DNA of 64,000 nt from Octopus bimaculoides (Eukaryota), in assembly GCF_001194135.2 (NCBI RefSeq), contig NC_068989.1, positions 73,166,981-73,230,980 on the forward strand. The letters run 5' to 3'. Positions within the stretch are counted from its first letter, which is position 1. The number at the start of each line of letters is the position of its first letter. The position numbers and the translations under genes were made by a program. Below are positions 1-11,802 of the stretch, piece by piece. The notes beneath the pieces were generated by a model, which saw nothing but the letters and a program-made list of their open reading frames with translations, ran no database searches and had not been told where the DNA came from.

Positions 1-298
1 TTATTGAGCGAAAACACCTAAAGCTCCACGAGGCTCCGGCAGGGGATGGCGGTGAACCCTGCTATACTCTTTCACCACAACTTTCTCTCACTCTTACTTC
101 CTGATTCTGTTGTGCCTGTATTTCAAAGGGCCAGCCTTGTCACACTCTGTATCACGCTGAATATCTCCGAGAACTACGTTAAGGGTACACGTGTCTGTGG
201 AGTGCTCAACCACTTGCACGTTAATTTCACGAGCAGGCTGTTCCGTTGATCGGATCAACTGGAACCCTCGACCTCGTAAGCGATAGAGTGCCAACAAC
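1..298 (+). mobile_element. tRNA-derived SINE family A (head cut by window start)
   Basis: Close reverse-complement match to the full copy at 28354-28733. Confidence 0.85.
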
Positions 299-525
299 AT
301 TTAAAGCAAGGGCTGCTACTAGAATTTCGATACAACTCTCGTCACACCTTGCTGTGGCTTCTAGACGGTCGCCATTGTCAATCTCAAGCATCTTTTATAC
401 TTTTTATATGCTGGAGAACTGCATAGCTAGCCGAGTAACTTAAAACTAGAGTTGTTTCCCCTGCTTAGATACTCTTGTCTGTGCAACGAGAACATACATT
501 GAGAAGGCAAAATATTAAAAAATTG

Positions 526-789
526 GGATCTTTCTGATTTGGCGGACACCATTTGTTTTCTAACGAAATACGTGTTGTTGACAAACCACAGCAGTAATTG
601 TTTTCACCTCAATAGACGTCAGTGATTGGTTGAAATTACAGAAATACGACAACTTTTAACATGAAACAACTTCGAATATAAAAATTTTTCTGTTCTATAA
701 GACAAAATATACAAGTATACGAAGTTTTAAAGTGTTTCGGTAGAAAACACACTAAATAAAAAATGGTGTCCGCCAAATCAGAAAGATCC
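526..789. mobile_element. MITE with perfect 29-bp terminal inverted repeats
   Basis: ggatctttctgatttggcggacaccattt (526-554) and aaatggtgtccgccaaatcagaaagatcc (761-789); no coding capacity; no clear TSD. Confidence 0.85.
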
Positions 790-1129
790 ATAAATCGATA
801 TCTTGAACTGAACATTCATTTTATAGAAGAAAACAACCAATCCGTTCCTTGCCCAATTCCTTCTCCATGAAGTAGAGATAGCTATTCTGCGTGTCCGTTG
901 ATCACAGAATACACTCGTCTTGTAGATGAGGAGAATAGTAAAACATTAAGCAAATTTCTGTTTCTGGGAATTCTCCTGTCTTTTATTCCAACACTGCCTT
1001 AATGAATCGATGGGTTTACTCCACAAGCGATAAATCTCGTGTGTAGCAATATTCAAATAATGAAGAACAACAGATAATTTCTCATGCTACAAAGAACCAT
1101 AACTTAATACATCTCTGATATTATTTCTC

Positions 1130-1400
1130 CTAAAAACCTCTTGGCATTTTACATTCTTTTTTAATTCTTACATTTTGTTTGATTTTGAACTCGACATGGC
1201 TGCTTTTCCAGCACCCAATATAATCACCATTAAGAGTATTTGCAACATCAGTATAAAATGTGGTTGATTGTGGTTCCCTAAGATTTAACGGTGCTAGTTG
1301 CTTAACTGCAACAAATTGCAATGGACGATCACTCTTTTTAATCCACACAATTATTTTTTCCAGCATGTTCTACATATTTTACTTCAAGGTGCAACTTATC
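1130..1400 (-). mobile_element. Possible degraded Merlin/ISXO2-like transposase fragment
   Basis: ORF MLEKIIVWIKK...CWKSSHVEFKIK plus TINH in a shifted frame resemble the I..WI..G, TVNH and W.HVK.KIK motifs of ISXO2/Merlin transposases; weak, by eye only. Confidence 0.35.
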
Positions 1401-1988
1401 CAGTATTGTCTTATACATTATATCCTTACCTGTTGTGATTACTTAATTGGCTCTTAACTTTACACCAGGTGATAATGAACAACCACCTGAGACACTTTGA
1501 TGATTAAATAAAAGGACCTTTTCAGTTGGTCACAAATTTCGTTTGCTTTTTTTTTTTAATTTTGTTCCACTTGTTTTCAAATTTGGTTATATCGATTTAG
1601 TTTTGTATGCTAATTGTGAAAAATGAAATTCATTCCTGCCATAAATTATTAAGTAAAAAAGTTAAGAGCTTTTAAATTTTGCTGATTTTGAGTAATTTTA
1701 GCCAATCGAAAACCACTGTTATACATAATACAGCTTAACCCTTTGCTTGTCCTGTGTATTACATGTGATACTCTGAACATATTTTCCTGGCATCCTTACA
1801 TTATATATGATACACATTCCCAATTTATTCAATCACCAGAGTAACGTGGGGCTCATGAAAGGAAAGCTTTATATTACTCAGAACATGAAACAAGCCCAAC
1901 CCTGTGAGTGAAATTGGATAGATGAAAATTGTGTGGAAGGCTAGTCAAATGGATTCTACTTGTAATTCAGAGGGTCCAGTCTTATTAA

Positions 1989-2209
1989 CCTTTTTGATAC
2001 TAACCAATCTAAGACTGCTCCTTGCTTTGTGTAACAAACATCTCATTGTCAAGAGTTTTGAATTAAAATCTTCCATCAGAAGTTAGTCTGAGTCTATGTT
2101 CCAAAAGTCAATTAATAATGACAAAGTTATTTTACTAAATTCTTCATTATATTCAAAATTAATTGAAGCAATGACAGAGTATCTCAACAGAAATATGGTA
2201 ACAAAAGGG
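1989..2209. mobile_element. piggyBac-like MITE (family P1), TTAA-flanked
   Basis: TTAA|cctttttgatac ... gtaacaaaaggg|TTAA; related degraded copies near 12835-13058 and 60996-61202. Confidence 0.75.
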
Positions 2210-2646
2210 TTAAACACTGTATAATACTGGTTTTGCCTAAGAATTACATTTATTAGAATCCATTTACATCTATCACTATGGAAATATTTTAGACTGCTAT
2301 TTACGACTATTTAGGAAATGGATGTAAAGAAACAACACTCAAAAGTTCCAAAATACAGTTTTTCTATCTTTTATTGAAGGAAACATTTTAAAAATTAACC
2401 AGAACCAGAAAAAAAACCCCAAAACAAAAAAGAAAGGCTTGTTTAAGGATGTTGGTGACTTGAAAACATTTCTCAAATTTCCAAGGGATAAAAAAAAAAA
2501 CATGCAAAATTTTTCATGATGATTAGTATTAGTTTTACAATTATTATTATTAATTAATCAGTCATATCGAGACTGATGTTCAAAGTTAGTGAATAATACA
2601 CTAAAACAGTCACTTTTCAGCTTAACAAACTCATTGGAAGTAACCA

Positions 2647-2685
<39 letters not shown>

Positions 2686-2734
2686 GCATTTATCATATAT
2701 ATATATATACATATATACACACATACATATCATG

Positions 2735-2794
<60 letters not shown>

Positions 2795-2840
2795 CATATC
2801 ATATATGTATATATATATGTGTGTGTGTGTGTATGTATAT
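2647..2840. repeat. (AT)n/(GT)n compound microsatellite
   Basis: Direct sequence; explains the YIYI ORFs at 2589-3002. Confidence 0.95.
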
Positions 2841-3924
2841 ATCATAATATGCATTTCATGTATATACCATATATGGTATATGCAAAGTTTGGGGATTTTC
2901 TTTTGTATAACGTGTATTCACTTTCTTTGCTTTCTCACTTTATTTTCTTATTTCTTTCTGCTGCTCTTTTATTGTCCAGTACATAAAATTCCTCATGTGT
3001 GAATCGTCGGTCCAATTTGCCGCGAATGTGAAGCTTCAGCACTGGTCCCATCCTGATATTAAAATTCCAGATTTCAACCAATATGCAAGCACAAAATAAA
3101 AAGAACAAAAAAAAAAAATCTAAAAACACATTTAATTTCTTCTACGACTGATATTGATACAAATATAACATCTAATTTTTGTTTGTTTCTTAAGTTCAGC
3201 TTGTTTACAAAACTAAAGGAAATTTTCCTGATGAAAATACTGCTGAAGAAGCCATCTGTGTATCACACTAAATGTATGCACACCATTACAAGGCATAGAT
3301 TTATTACTCACTGCAGTGGCAATGTTCACCTTGCTCCGATATATATTTTGTTTTTAACACAACAAGTCTCTGAAGAGATTTACCTCAAACAATTCCACAA
3401 CATCATGCCTTTTAATGATGTAAATAGATTTAGTATGATGCACAGGTGGCTATTTTGATTTGCATACATGGAGCTTTTCTGAAGAAGATCTAGATTAACT
3501 AAATTTTAAAACATTTCATCAGTTTCTAAAAAAATGAAATCTGAAAAGAAATCAGTGGTGAATTCAACTACTTAAAAATTTGAAGGTATATTTCCAACAG
3601 CACACAAGAAAAACTTCAATTGTTGATTGTGGAATGCATGTTTATAAATGCCAAGAACAAAAAGTTCATGGCGAGGGATTATGGAGCAAACAGCTGTCAA
3701 GCCTAAGCTATCTTTGCATGTATAAGACCAAAATCAGAGGAAGTAAGCAGCTAGCAATGCCCTATAGGGAAGAAAACTTATAAACGGAGACAGTTTTTGC
3801 ATGCTGCAAGAGAAGATAACTCATAAATTATGCAGTTAACCTCTTTTAAGTTTTACAGCCAGTGTCATGCTGTTCTCAAGAAGACTCATTCACCACAGCA
3901 AAATTGATACAGGTACTGGTGCCA

Positions 3925-4105
3925 TGTAAAAAGCACCCAATACACTCTGTAAAGTGGTTGGCATTGGAAAGGGCATCCCAGCTGTAGAAACCATACCAGA
4001 ACAGATAACGGAGCAAGATGTGGCTCCCTGGTCATACCAGCTCTTGTCAAACCGTCCAACCCATGCCAGCATGGAAAGCGGACATTAAATGATGATGATG
4101 ATGAT
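3925..4105 (+). mobile_element. 5'-truncated RTE-LINE 3' end with (TGA)n tail
   Basis: aaaagcaccca...ggaagggcatccagctgtagaaac...ccaacccatgccagcatggaaagcggacattaaatgatgatga. The same tail is joined to RTE ORF2 coding sequence at 27753-28065 and 61458-62170. Further copies near 4490-4635, 9185-9515, 31455-31670, 39080-39265, 46682-46835 and 56450-56600. Confidence 0.8.
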
Positions 4106-4704
4106 TATATGTATGTTCATTCTAAAGATTGATAGAAGTTCTGAGTAAGAGCCTTCAGTTAACAAGAACGTAGTAAAGTATTTATAAGATGGAGATATCA
4201 AAAAATGTTAACCAAATTGGTTTTTTTTAAAGTTCTCTAGTATTTTTTTTTTTTTTGGTTTTTACAATTACCGTATCTGTTGATGCTGTTTTTTCATTAG
4301 TTTATTCTTCAAATGTTTGAGTTTTAGGTTCTTCCTAATATTATGGACTTAACAAATTAAACACTTTTTCTTCTTTCTCTCCAGTTAAAAATTTCTAAAA
4401 TAACTAATGTGGTCCTGTGCCTGCTGTTGTTTTGGTAAAACCTTATCATGACTGCCTCTGGTTCTAAGATACAAATTTCTTGTTTTAAAGTTAGGAAGGG
4501 CATCCAGCTGTAGAAACTCTGCCAAATTTAGATTGGAGCCTGGTGTTGCCATCCGGTTTCACCAGTCCTCAGTCAAATCGTCCAACCCATGCTAGCATGG
4601 AAAGCGGACGTTAAACAATGATGATGATGATGATAAAAGTGGCCTAAATTAAAATGTCAAAATTTCAAGATTATTTATGTTTCAAACAGCAGATTTATAA
4701 TAAC

Positions 4705-4870
4705 TCTTTTAATTGTTTCAGTCATTTGACTGCGGCCATGCTGGGGCACTGCCTTTAGTCGAGCAAATCGATCCCAGGACTTATTCTATCGGTCTCTTTT
4801 GCCGAACTGCTAAGTTACGGGGATGTAAACACACCAGCATCGGTTGGCAAGCGATGTTGGTGGGGGACAA

Positions 4871-4908
<38 letters not shown>

Positions 4909-5062
4909 GCATATACATATATACGACGGTCTTCTTTCAGTATCCGTCTACCAAATCCACTCACAAGGCTTTGGTCGGCCTGAGACTATAGTAGAAGACA
5001 CTTGCCCAAAGTGCCACGCAGTGGGAGTAAGCAAGCTACTTACCACACAGCCACTCCTGCAC
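4705..5062 (-). mobile_element. SINE family D (tRNA-like head, internal (TA)/(CA) microsatellite)
   Basis: Shared blocks cagtcccactgcgtggcaccttgggcaagtgtcttctactatag and gttacggggacgtaaacacacc; other copies ~40595-40930 (+), ~48585-48950 (-), ~57036-57352 (-), ~57362-57700 (+). Confidence 0.85.
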
Positions 5063-6649
5063 CTATTGACAAAATTATTTCACTAAACTTTTTATTTTCA
5101 AAATTAACTGAAAGAAAGGTTGTGTATTTCAACAGAAATATGGTAGCCAAAGAGTTAAAGTGGTCTAAAGTAAAACCTTCTGCCAAGATTTCATTTGAAT
5201 ATTTGCTTCAAACACCAGATTACTAATGACAAAGTTATTTTACTAAATTCATTATTTTCAAAATTAACTGAAACAAAAGCAGAGTGACTATATTTCAACA
5301 GAGATATAGTCACAGAAGCATTAGAGAAAATATGGAATACTTCATCAAAGACTAGAAAATAAAGAATAGTTTACCAAGGGGAGAGTTTACCTACTGTGAC
5401 AAGTAACTTGGATATTTACAAGGATAGCCAACCTTCAGGAAATTAATCAACCAAAGATAGTTATTAAATATAAATCAGGCCTAAGAATAATTTCACTAAC
5501 CTGACAGCCCCAAAGAAAATTAGATTCTAACAACAATCTACCTGTTGGAAGTAAAGAAAAAAAAAACTAACTACAATCCTTATCAAACCCTAGCATCAAT
5601 TTTTGTCTATTTTAAAAATAAAATTAAACCAATAGACAGTGTAATTCATTAGAAATAAGATCACCACCAGAATCAAACTAATATACTGTTATTATTTTAC
5701 TCATTGATGTACAATAATTTTTTTCTGATATATTTTTATTAACCTATGTCAAGTATAATGTTAATTATATAATGCTAACCTTAGACAAGAACCATCCTGC
5801 ATGAATGTCACTTAACGAGAGTTTTACAGGGGTTGTTTCCTCTGTAACACAAAGAGACAGCAGATAATTTTAATTATTCTTGTAGTAAGTTAAAATCAAA
5901 AGTGTGAGTCTAGCCATAGTGCCACATACAGATTAAGTTAAGCAAATACCATCACCTTTAGCTAATGAGTAGAAGGAAATGTTAGAAAAAAATGGCATTT
6001 TATATATTTTGATAAGAGTTTTAAATATTGTGATACAAGATTCCTTGAGTGTGTTCTGTTTAAATCATTTACTTGATATTAGAATTAGGGAGTTAATAAC
6101 TTTTGGGTTTTATTAAATGCTGCATATGACTATATATCTCTTTGATAACATCATGCAAATAAAAGTCAAGACACTGTACAGCCTTATATCCAAGTGTAAT
6201 TATGTTCAAACTAACATCTGTGAATAGTTTGAAGATGAGGTATTAACTGACGTTAAAGGTCTCGCATTTTGCAGCGTCATGCATATTTGAAGAAGGAAAA
6301 ACTAAATTAGTCCGCTATGGAAATGAAGAAATGAAAGCCAAGACAAAAAATGCTAAAAGAGGAAGCATTGATACATCTTACTAAGATGAGAAATAATGGA
6401 AAAGAAGTGCATCATCATTATCACTGACAACTACAATAAAGGATAAGTACAATGATACAGACAAAGCAACATTTGAAGTACTAAATAAGGGTAAAAAATA
6501 CTCTTAGTATTTATTTAGTATTGTAAGTAAACATCTCATCACTCTCTGACAAAGGATTCAGCTGATCCTTGTCAACCCACCAAAATGTTAGACTTCTTCA
6601 TGGCAATATGATTTCCTCCCCAAATTTTTTATGGGACAATTTATCATCA

Positions 6650-7115
6650 TTATCATCATCATTTAACATCTGTTTTCCATGCTGCCATGGGTTGGATGGC
6701 TTGACTGAAAACTGGTCAGCTGGGGAGCTGGACCAGGTTCCAATCTAATTTGGCATGATTTCTACAGCTGGATGCCCTTCCTAATATCAACCACTCCAAG
6801 AGTGTAGTGGGTGCTTTTTATGTGCCAGTTACAAAACACCGGCATTGGTCACGACTATGATCTCACTTGGCTTGACAGGTCTTCTCAAGTACAGTATATT
6901 GCCAAAGGTTTTGGTCACCTGTCACTGCCTCCATGAGGCCTAAAGTTTAAAGAGTGCTTTTTATGTGCCACTAGCATGGGAACCAATTATGCAACACTGG
7001 CATCAGCCATGACTATGATTTCACTTGGTTTGACGGGTCTTCTCAAGCATATTGCCTAACATTCAAAGGGTGCTTTTTACGTGCCAGTTATGCGACACTG
7101 GCATTGGTCATGACA
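6650..7115 (-). mobile_element. RTE-LINE 3' end with internally duplicated ORF2-end/3'UTR unit
   Basis: catcatcatttaac tail; the unit ctggcattggtcacgactatgatctcacttggcttgacaggtcttctcaag recurs 2-3 times. Confidence 0.75.
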
Positions 7116-8793
7116 GATTTTTTTAATCTTTACTATTTATCAACACAAGACTGCCAACAGTTTCTTCAAATTCTACCATTTCCCTTAATGAAAATATCCA
7201 CCACAGTTTTTGTTTCATTCATCTAATTTTATCATTAAGATGGTAAACTGACAGAAATGTCAAAGCATCACATAAAATGTTGAGTGGAATTTCTTCTAGT
7301 TCTTTATGTTTTTGAATTCAAATACCACTGAGGTCAATTCTGCCTTTCATCTTTTCACAGGTCAATATAAAATGTAATCGATTAACCCTTTCACCTTAGA
7401 ATTGTTGACCTTGTGCCAAAATCTGAAATGCATTAAGATGATGGGCTGGCAATAATGTTAGAGCACCAGAAAAAATACCATACCATATTCATTCTGGCAC
7501 TGTACATTTTGAGTTCAAATCCTGCCACAATCAACTTCGCTTTTCTTCCTTTGAGGGTTGATAAAATAAAGTACCAGTCAAGTACTGGAACCAATGGTCC
7601 CTCCCCTCAAAACTGTTGGCTTCATGTCTCAATCAGAAACCATTATTATTTCAAATTCACCTTTGAGGAAACAGCTGAAAACATTTAATCCTGTCAAGTC
7701 TGACTTTGCTGTTGTCTACCTTTCTGGATTCTTATAAAATTAATACCAGTTATATAATGGTGATAATGCAAATGACTGCATCTCATTCATATGAAACTGT
7801 CTTTGTGCCATACATCTAGGTAAACAATGTGATTGAAAACAGAAAAATAGTAATGGGTGTATGAGCATATTTCAAGAGTTTTTGCCCTTTCTTCAGTACC
7901 CTATCCAAGCCATTAACCCTCTATGAACACATTGCTTAAATAGCTACTAAATTTAGCAGTACAATACAATTGGATATATCAATTTTACATATTAAGCCTG
8001 CTCTGAGCAACTGGTATGTGCATTTTTACTGCTGGTAGGCACACAGTATTTCATTATGTGACCATAATAGTTGTAACTTTTGGTGCTGGTTCTAGTTTCT
8101 GAAGAAAATTTGTAGAGATCACTTTAAAAAATGACAGAATTGCACTGCTAACACAGGTAGGATACAGTATTGTCTAATAAGCCTTTACTATACCTGGTAG
8201 CATATTGCGGTTCTAGAACGAAATGTGGGGTCCTTACTAGCAATTAATAAATACTACAAAGTATTTTGTCCTACACTCCAACTAGTCTATGAACCAACCA
8301 CTTACGGAAAGAATATTCAGGCTTGTCTGTGATATTTGCATAATGTTGGAGGAATTGATATTAACATGTTTAGAAGGGTAATAATGCTGAATAATAACTG
8401 CCTATTGATCAGTCTAACCCAGGTAGTGATATGGTCTTTAATATGTCTAAGTAACACTGAATAATAACTGTCTCAAACTGTGATAATCTGTCAAACCCAT
8501 GCTAGCAAGCAAAAGTGTACATAAAATGCTGCTGATAATGATGGTTTTGGTACCCCTTTCCTATAGGCTTGTTAGTTGATCCTAAAAATGCAAGGACAGG
8601 CATTAAATGAAATGACAATGTTATGAGAAGAAAATAATCTGGAAAATGAAGTTTATTTGTAACTAAACATGCAGCAAGCCTCAGGAAAATGCAAACACTA
8701 ACCACAGAACTGGAGCCTAGTTTTTACATCATGCAGAGTGATCGACTGAATGAATGCAGCAATGAAGCAAACAGGGTCATGCGCTGTATCCCA

Positions 8794-8898
8794 GGACACA
8801 GATCGTGTCGTATAGCCACCTTGAGATGATGTCTCCTGGGGCTAAATTACAGCAACATTAGTCCTAAACCAGGACTGCCATGTTATGTTGTCAAATAT
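8794..8898 (+). mobile_element. 105-bp retroposon-like insertion with 15-bp target-site duplication
   Basis: atgcgctgtatccca at 8779-8793 and 8899-8913 flanks the insert; the insert matches the reverse complement of ~9665-9771. Confidence 0.8.
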
Positions 8899-9654
8899 AT
8901 GCGCTGTATCCCATTATAGGCAACTATAACGGGCTGAATAGTTGCCCGAGAGATTGGTTACCCAAGAAATTGAAAACTTTACAGCCATTGTAACTTTGAA
9001 GATTCTAAGTATCTTTTAATCACACTTTGTTCTGTCCCGATAACACCCATTCCATACAATTAAAACTTAATACATAGGCATGTATAAATGGGTTTGATTG
9101 TATATGTGCGTGTGCTCTCACATATGCATTTGTGTGAGCACAATACATTTGTGTGTAGACACATGTATATATATATATACATGTAAAAGCACCCGGCACA
9201 TTCTGTAAAGTGGTTGGTGCTAGGAAGGGCATCCAGTCATAGAAACCATGCCAAATCAGACTGGAGTCTGGTGCAGCTCCTCAGCTCTAGTCAAAACATT
9301 AAACGATGATATATATACATACACACACAATGTCACACAAATGGCACCTAAAAGCACACATTACACTCTTGGAGTGGTTGGCATTAGGAAGGGCATCCAG
9401 CCATAGAAAACCACGCCAGATCAGACTGGAGTCTGGTGCAGCCTTCCAGCTTACCAGCCCCAGTCAAACCATCCAACATGCCAGCATGGACAACAGATGT
9501 TAAATGGTGATGATGAATATCAAACATACATACACAAGGCATGTGTTCTGCTAGTTAGTTGTACTTATAGACCTAAGAGAATATATTCTAATCAATGCAC
9601 CTGGTAAATTACTATTTTAAAATCTAACAACACGAGATATTCAGCAACAGTACT

Positions 9655-9894
9655 TTGTAGTAAAGATTGTTTGCTAACATAACATGGCAGTCCTGGTTTA
9701 GGACTAATGTTGCTGTAATTTAGCCCTAGGAGACATCGTCTCCAGCTGGCTATACGACACGATCTGTGTCCTTATATTTTCAAACAAGGGAATCTAGCAT
9801 CCTCACTCAGCGCTAAACAAGTGGGCTAAATTACAGCAACATTAATCCTAAACCAGGACTGCCATGTTATGCTGGCGAACAATCTTTACTACAA
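9655..9894. repeat. Palindromic element: ~70-bp inverted arms of the same family as 8794-8898
   Basis: ttgtagtaaagattgtttgctaacataacatggcagtcctggtttaggactaatgttgctgtaatttagccc versus gggctaaattacagcaacattaatcctaaaccaggactgccatgttatgctggcgaacaatctttactacaa. Confidence 0.8.
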
Positions 9895-10164
9895 TGCACC
9901 TGGTGTTAAAAAGCCTGGAAGTCATCGACAAGTAAGATAACTTGTATCAAGTCTACAAACTAGCAAAACACATACCTTCTATATGTGCGTTTGATATTGT
10001 TTATATCCCTCGAGCTGCTTCTAATTCATATATGAATATGCACTACTCCAGATGATGCCTGGTAGCTGCAAGCAGTGAACGTGCTCAGCAGGCACACTAC
10101 AATGACATTCCTATAACTACACCTTAAAGTCTCCTACCTAAACTTAAATTATAAATACAACGTA

Positions 10165-10555
10165 CCGTAAATCCTCGAGTATAATCCGCACATTTTCCCC
10201 AAAAATTTAAAGGTCAAAATTTCTAGTGTGTACTACATACGAGGTTAAAAATGAAAAATATTTTCTAAGTGATAAATATGTAAAGGCAATTTACTTAATA
10301 TTTATTTTTCACTGACATTATAACTGTTATTTCTTTATTTTCTGCAAACAAAGTGCACAAGAAGCTACATGTTTGCATTATGTTATATATACAATAATAA
10401 AAGATGTTACCGTATATACGTTTACAAACCAAGGGTGTTATATAGACCTCCTTGATTCAAGTTAGAGAAGGGGTGCATATTATACACAAGGTTTAGGTTT
10501 TTCAGAGGTACAGCCCCCTAAAAATCCCCTGCGTATTATACTCGAGGATTTACAG
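10165..10555. mobile_element. Tc2/pogo-like (Tc1/mariner superfamily) MITE with TA TSD
   Basis: TA|ccgtaaatcctcgagtataatccgca ... tgcgtattatactcgaggatttacag|TA; 26-bp TIR with 2 mismatches. Confidence 0.85.
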
Positions 10556-11599
10556 TATATATATTTTATAAGTGGTAGAAGTGATTCAAGGACTGAGAGC
10601 ATAGTCATGCATGAAACACTTGGCCCTTGAGTCACTGATTTCTGATGATTAAGAATAATATATATATATATGTGTGTGTGTGTGTATGTAAGTACATATT
10701 TTGAGTTCTATTTATCCTGTTTACACTTCTATATATATGTCCGTGCACATAGAATGTTTATATAAAAATACACCAATCCCTCGACTAGCATGGGCGTTAT
10801 GTTCCACCCCCACTCCAATACGTGAACATCCGCAAAGTAGAAACAGTACTGTACTGTATATATTTTAAAGAATTATTTTTATAATTTGTATATATTTTAT
10901 TATAAATGCAAAACAACGCCACAGAGGAATCGATGTAAGCTTAAATAATAAACCGAGGTGTGGCGAGAGATTACTGTAGTGTAAAAGAAGAGAAACACAG
11001 ACAATGAAGTGATGGTGATGGAAAGAATAAAATGTTAGATCAAACAACCAGTAGCAGTTTTAATGGAATAAACCCAAAGAACTCATTATACTTACTTGTA
11101 ATAAACATTTCAAAACAATAAAAATGCTGGTTGCCCTTAGGTTTTTTCTTTCTTTTTTTTTTTTTTACACTAAAGCTAAGCATGCATAAGTAGCTGGATA
11201 CAGTTTTATGTTAAGAAATCATGTTTATAAATGCCTAAGTTTCATTTATTTTGTTGCACCTTGAGAGGGTCATTATGTTAATAACAAACACACACACACA
11301 CACACACACACATACATACTAGTTCTGTTTCACTTCTTTTATTATCATCAGTCTATTTGTTAGAACCCAATTAACAAATCAGTTGTTTAATTGGTCAGTC
11401 AATCAATCCATCAGCTAGGTTTGTCAAAGTCCTTTCATTGTCATCTTTGACCTGATCAATGATACACCTTCTCTACTCCAAGATCACAAATGGTGATAAG
11501 ACAAATTTGACAAACCTAGCCGATTGATTTACTGACCAAATGATTAATCAAAAACCAGGTAGCTAATTGGGTAAACGTTAGTGAATTGACAAATGATAC

Positions 11600-11802
11600 T
11601 AGTTTCAAATTTTGGTACAAGGCCAGCAATTTCAGGGGAGGAGATAAGTTGATTACATCAACACCAGTGCTCAACTGGTACTTATTTTATCAACCCTGAA
11701 AGGATTAAAGGCAAAGTCAATCTCAGAATGTAAAGACAGACGAAATACTGCTAAAAATTTTGCCCGGTGTGTTAATGATTCTGCCAGGTTGCCACCTTAG
11801 AA
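11600..11802 (-). mobile_element. tRNA-derived SINE family C
   Basis: Shared core cctttcatcctttcggggtcgataaattaagtaccag and head aaggcggtgagctggcagaa. About 20 copies in the window, e.g. ~7500-7640, 14590-14970, 16150-16620, 16830-17040, 18595-18720, 30090-30300, 37480-38040, 54920-55130. Confidence 0.85.

Noticed and set aside
1270-1300. APLNL resembling the Rieske C-terminal GPAPLNL
   Set aside because: Five residues, on the opposite strand to the 2980-3099 fragment, with no CTHLGC/CPCHGS motifs nearby
2589-3002. [16 protein letters not shown]-rich ORFs here and at 18055-18444, 22542-23545 and 23650-24147
   Set aside because: Translations of dinucleotide microsatellites
2935-3129. Minus-strand NIRMGPVLKL resembling the SAM-domain NIKLGPALKI helix
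   Set aside because: Only ~6 matching residues and no other SAM elements; a chance resemblance that competes with the + strand Rieske-like reading
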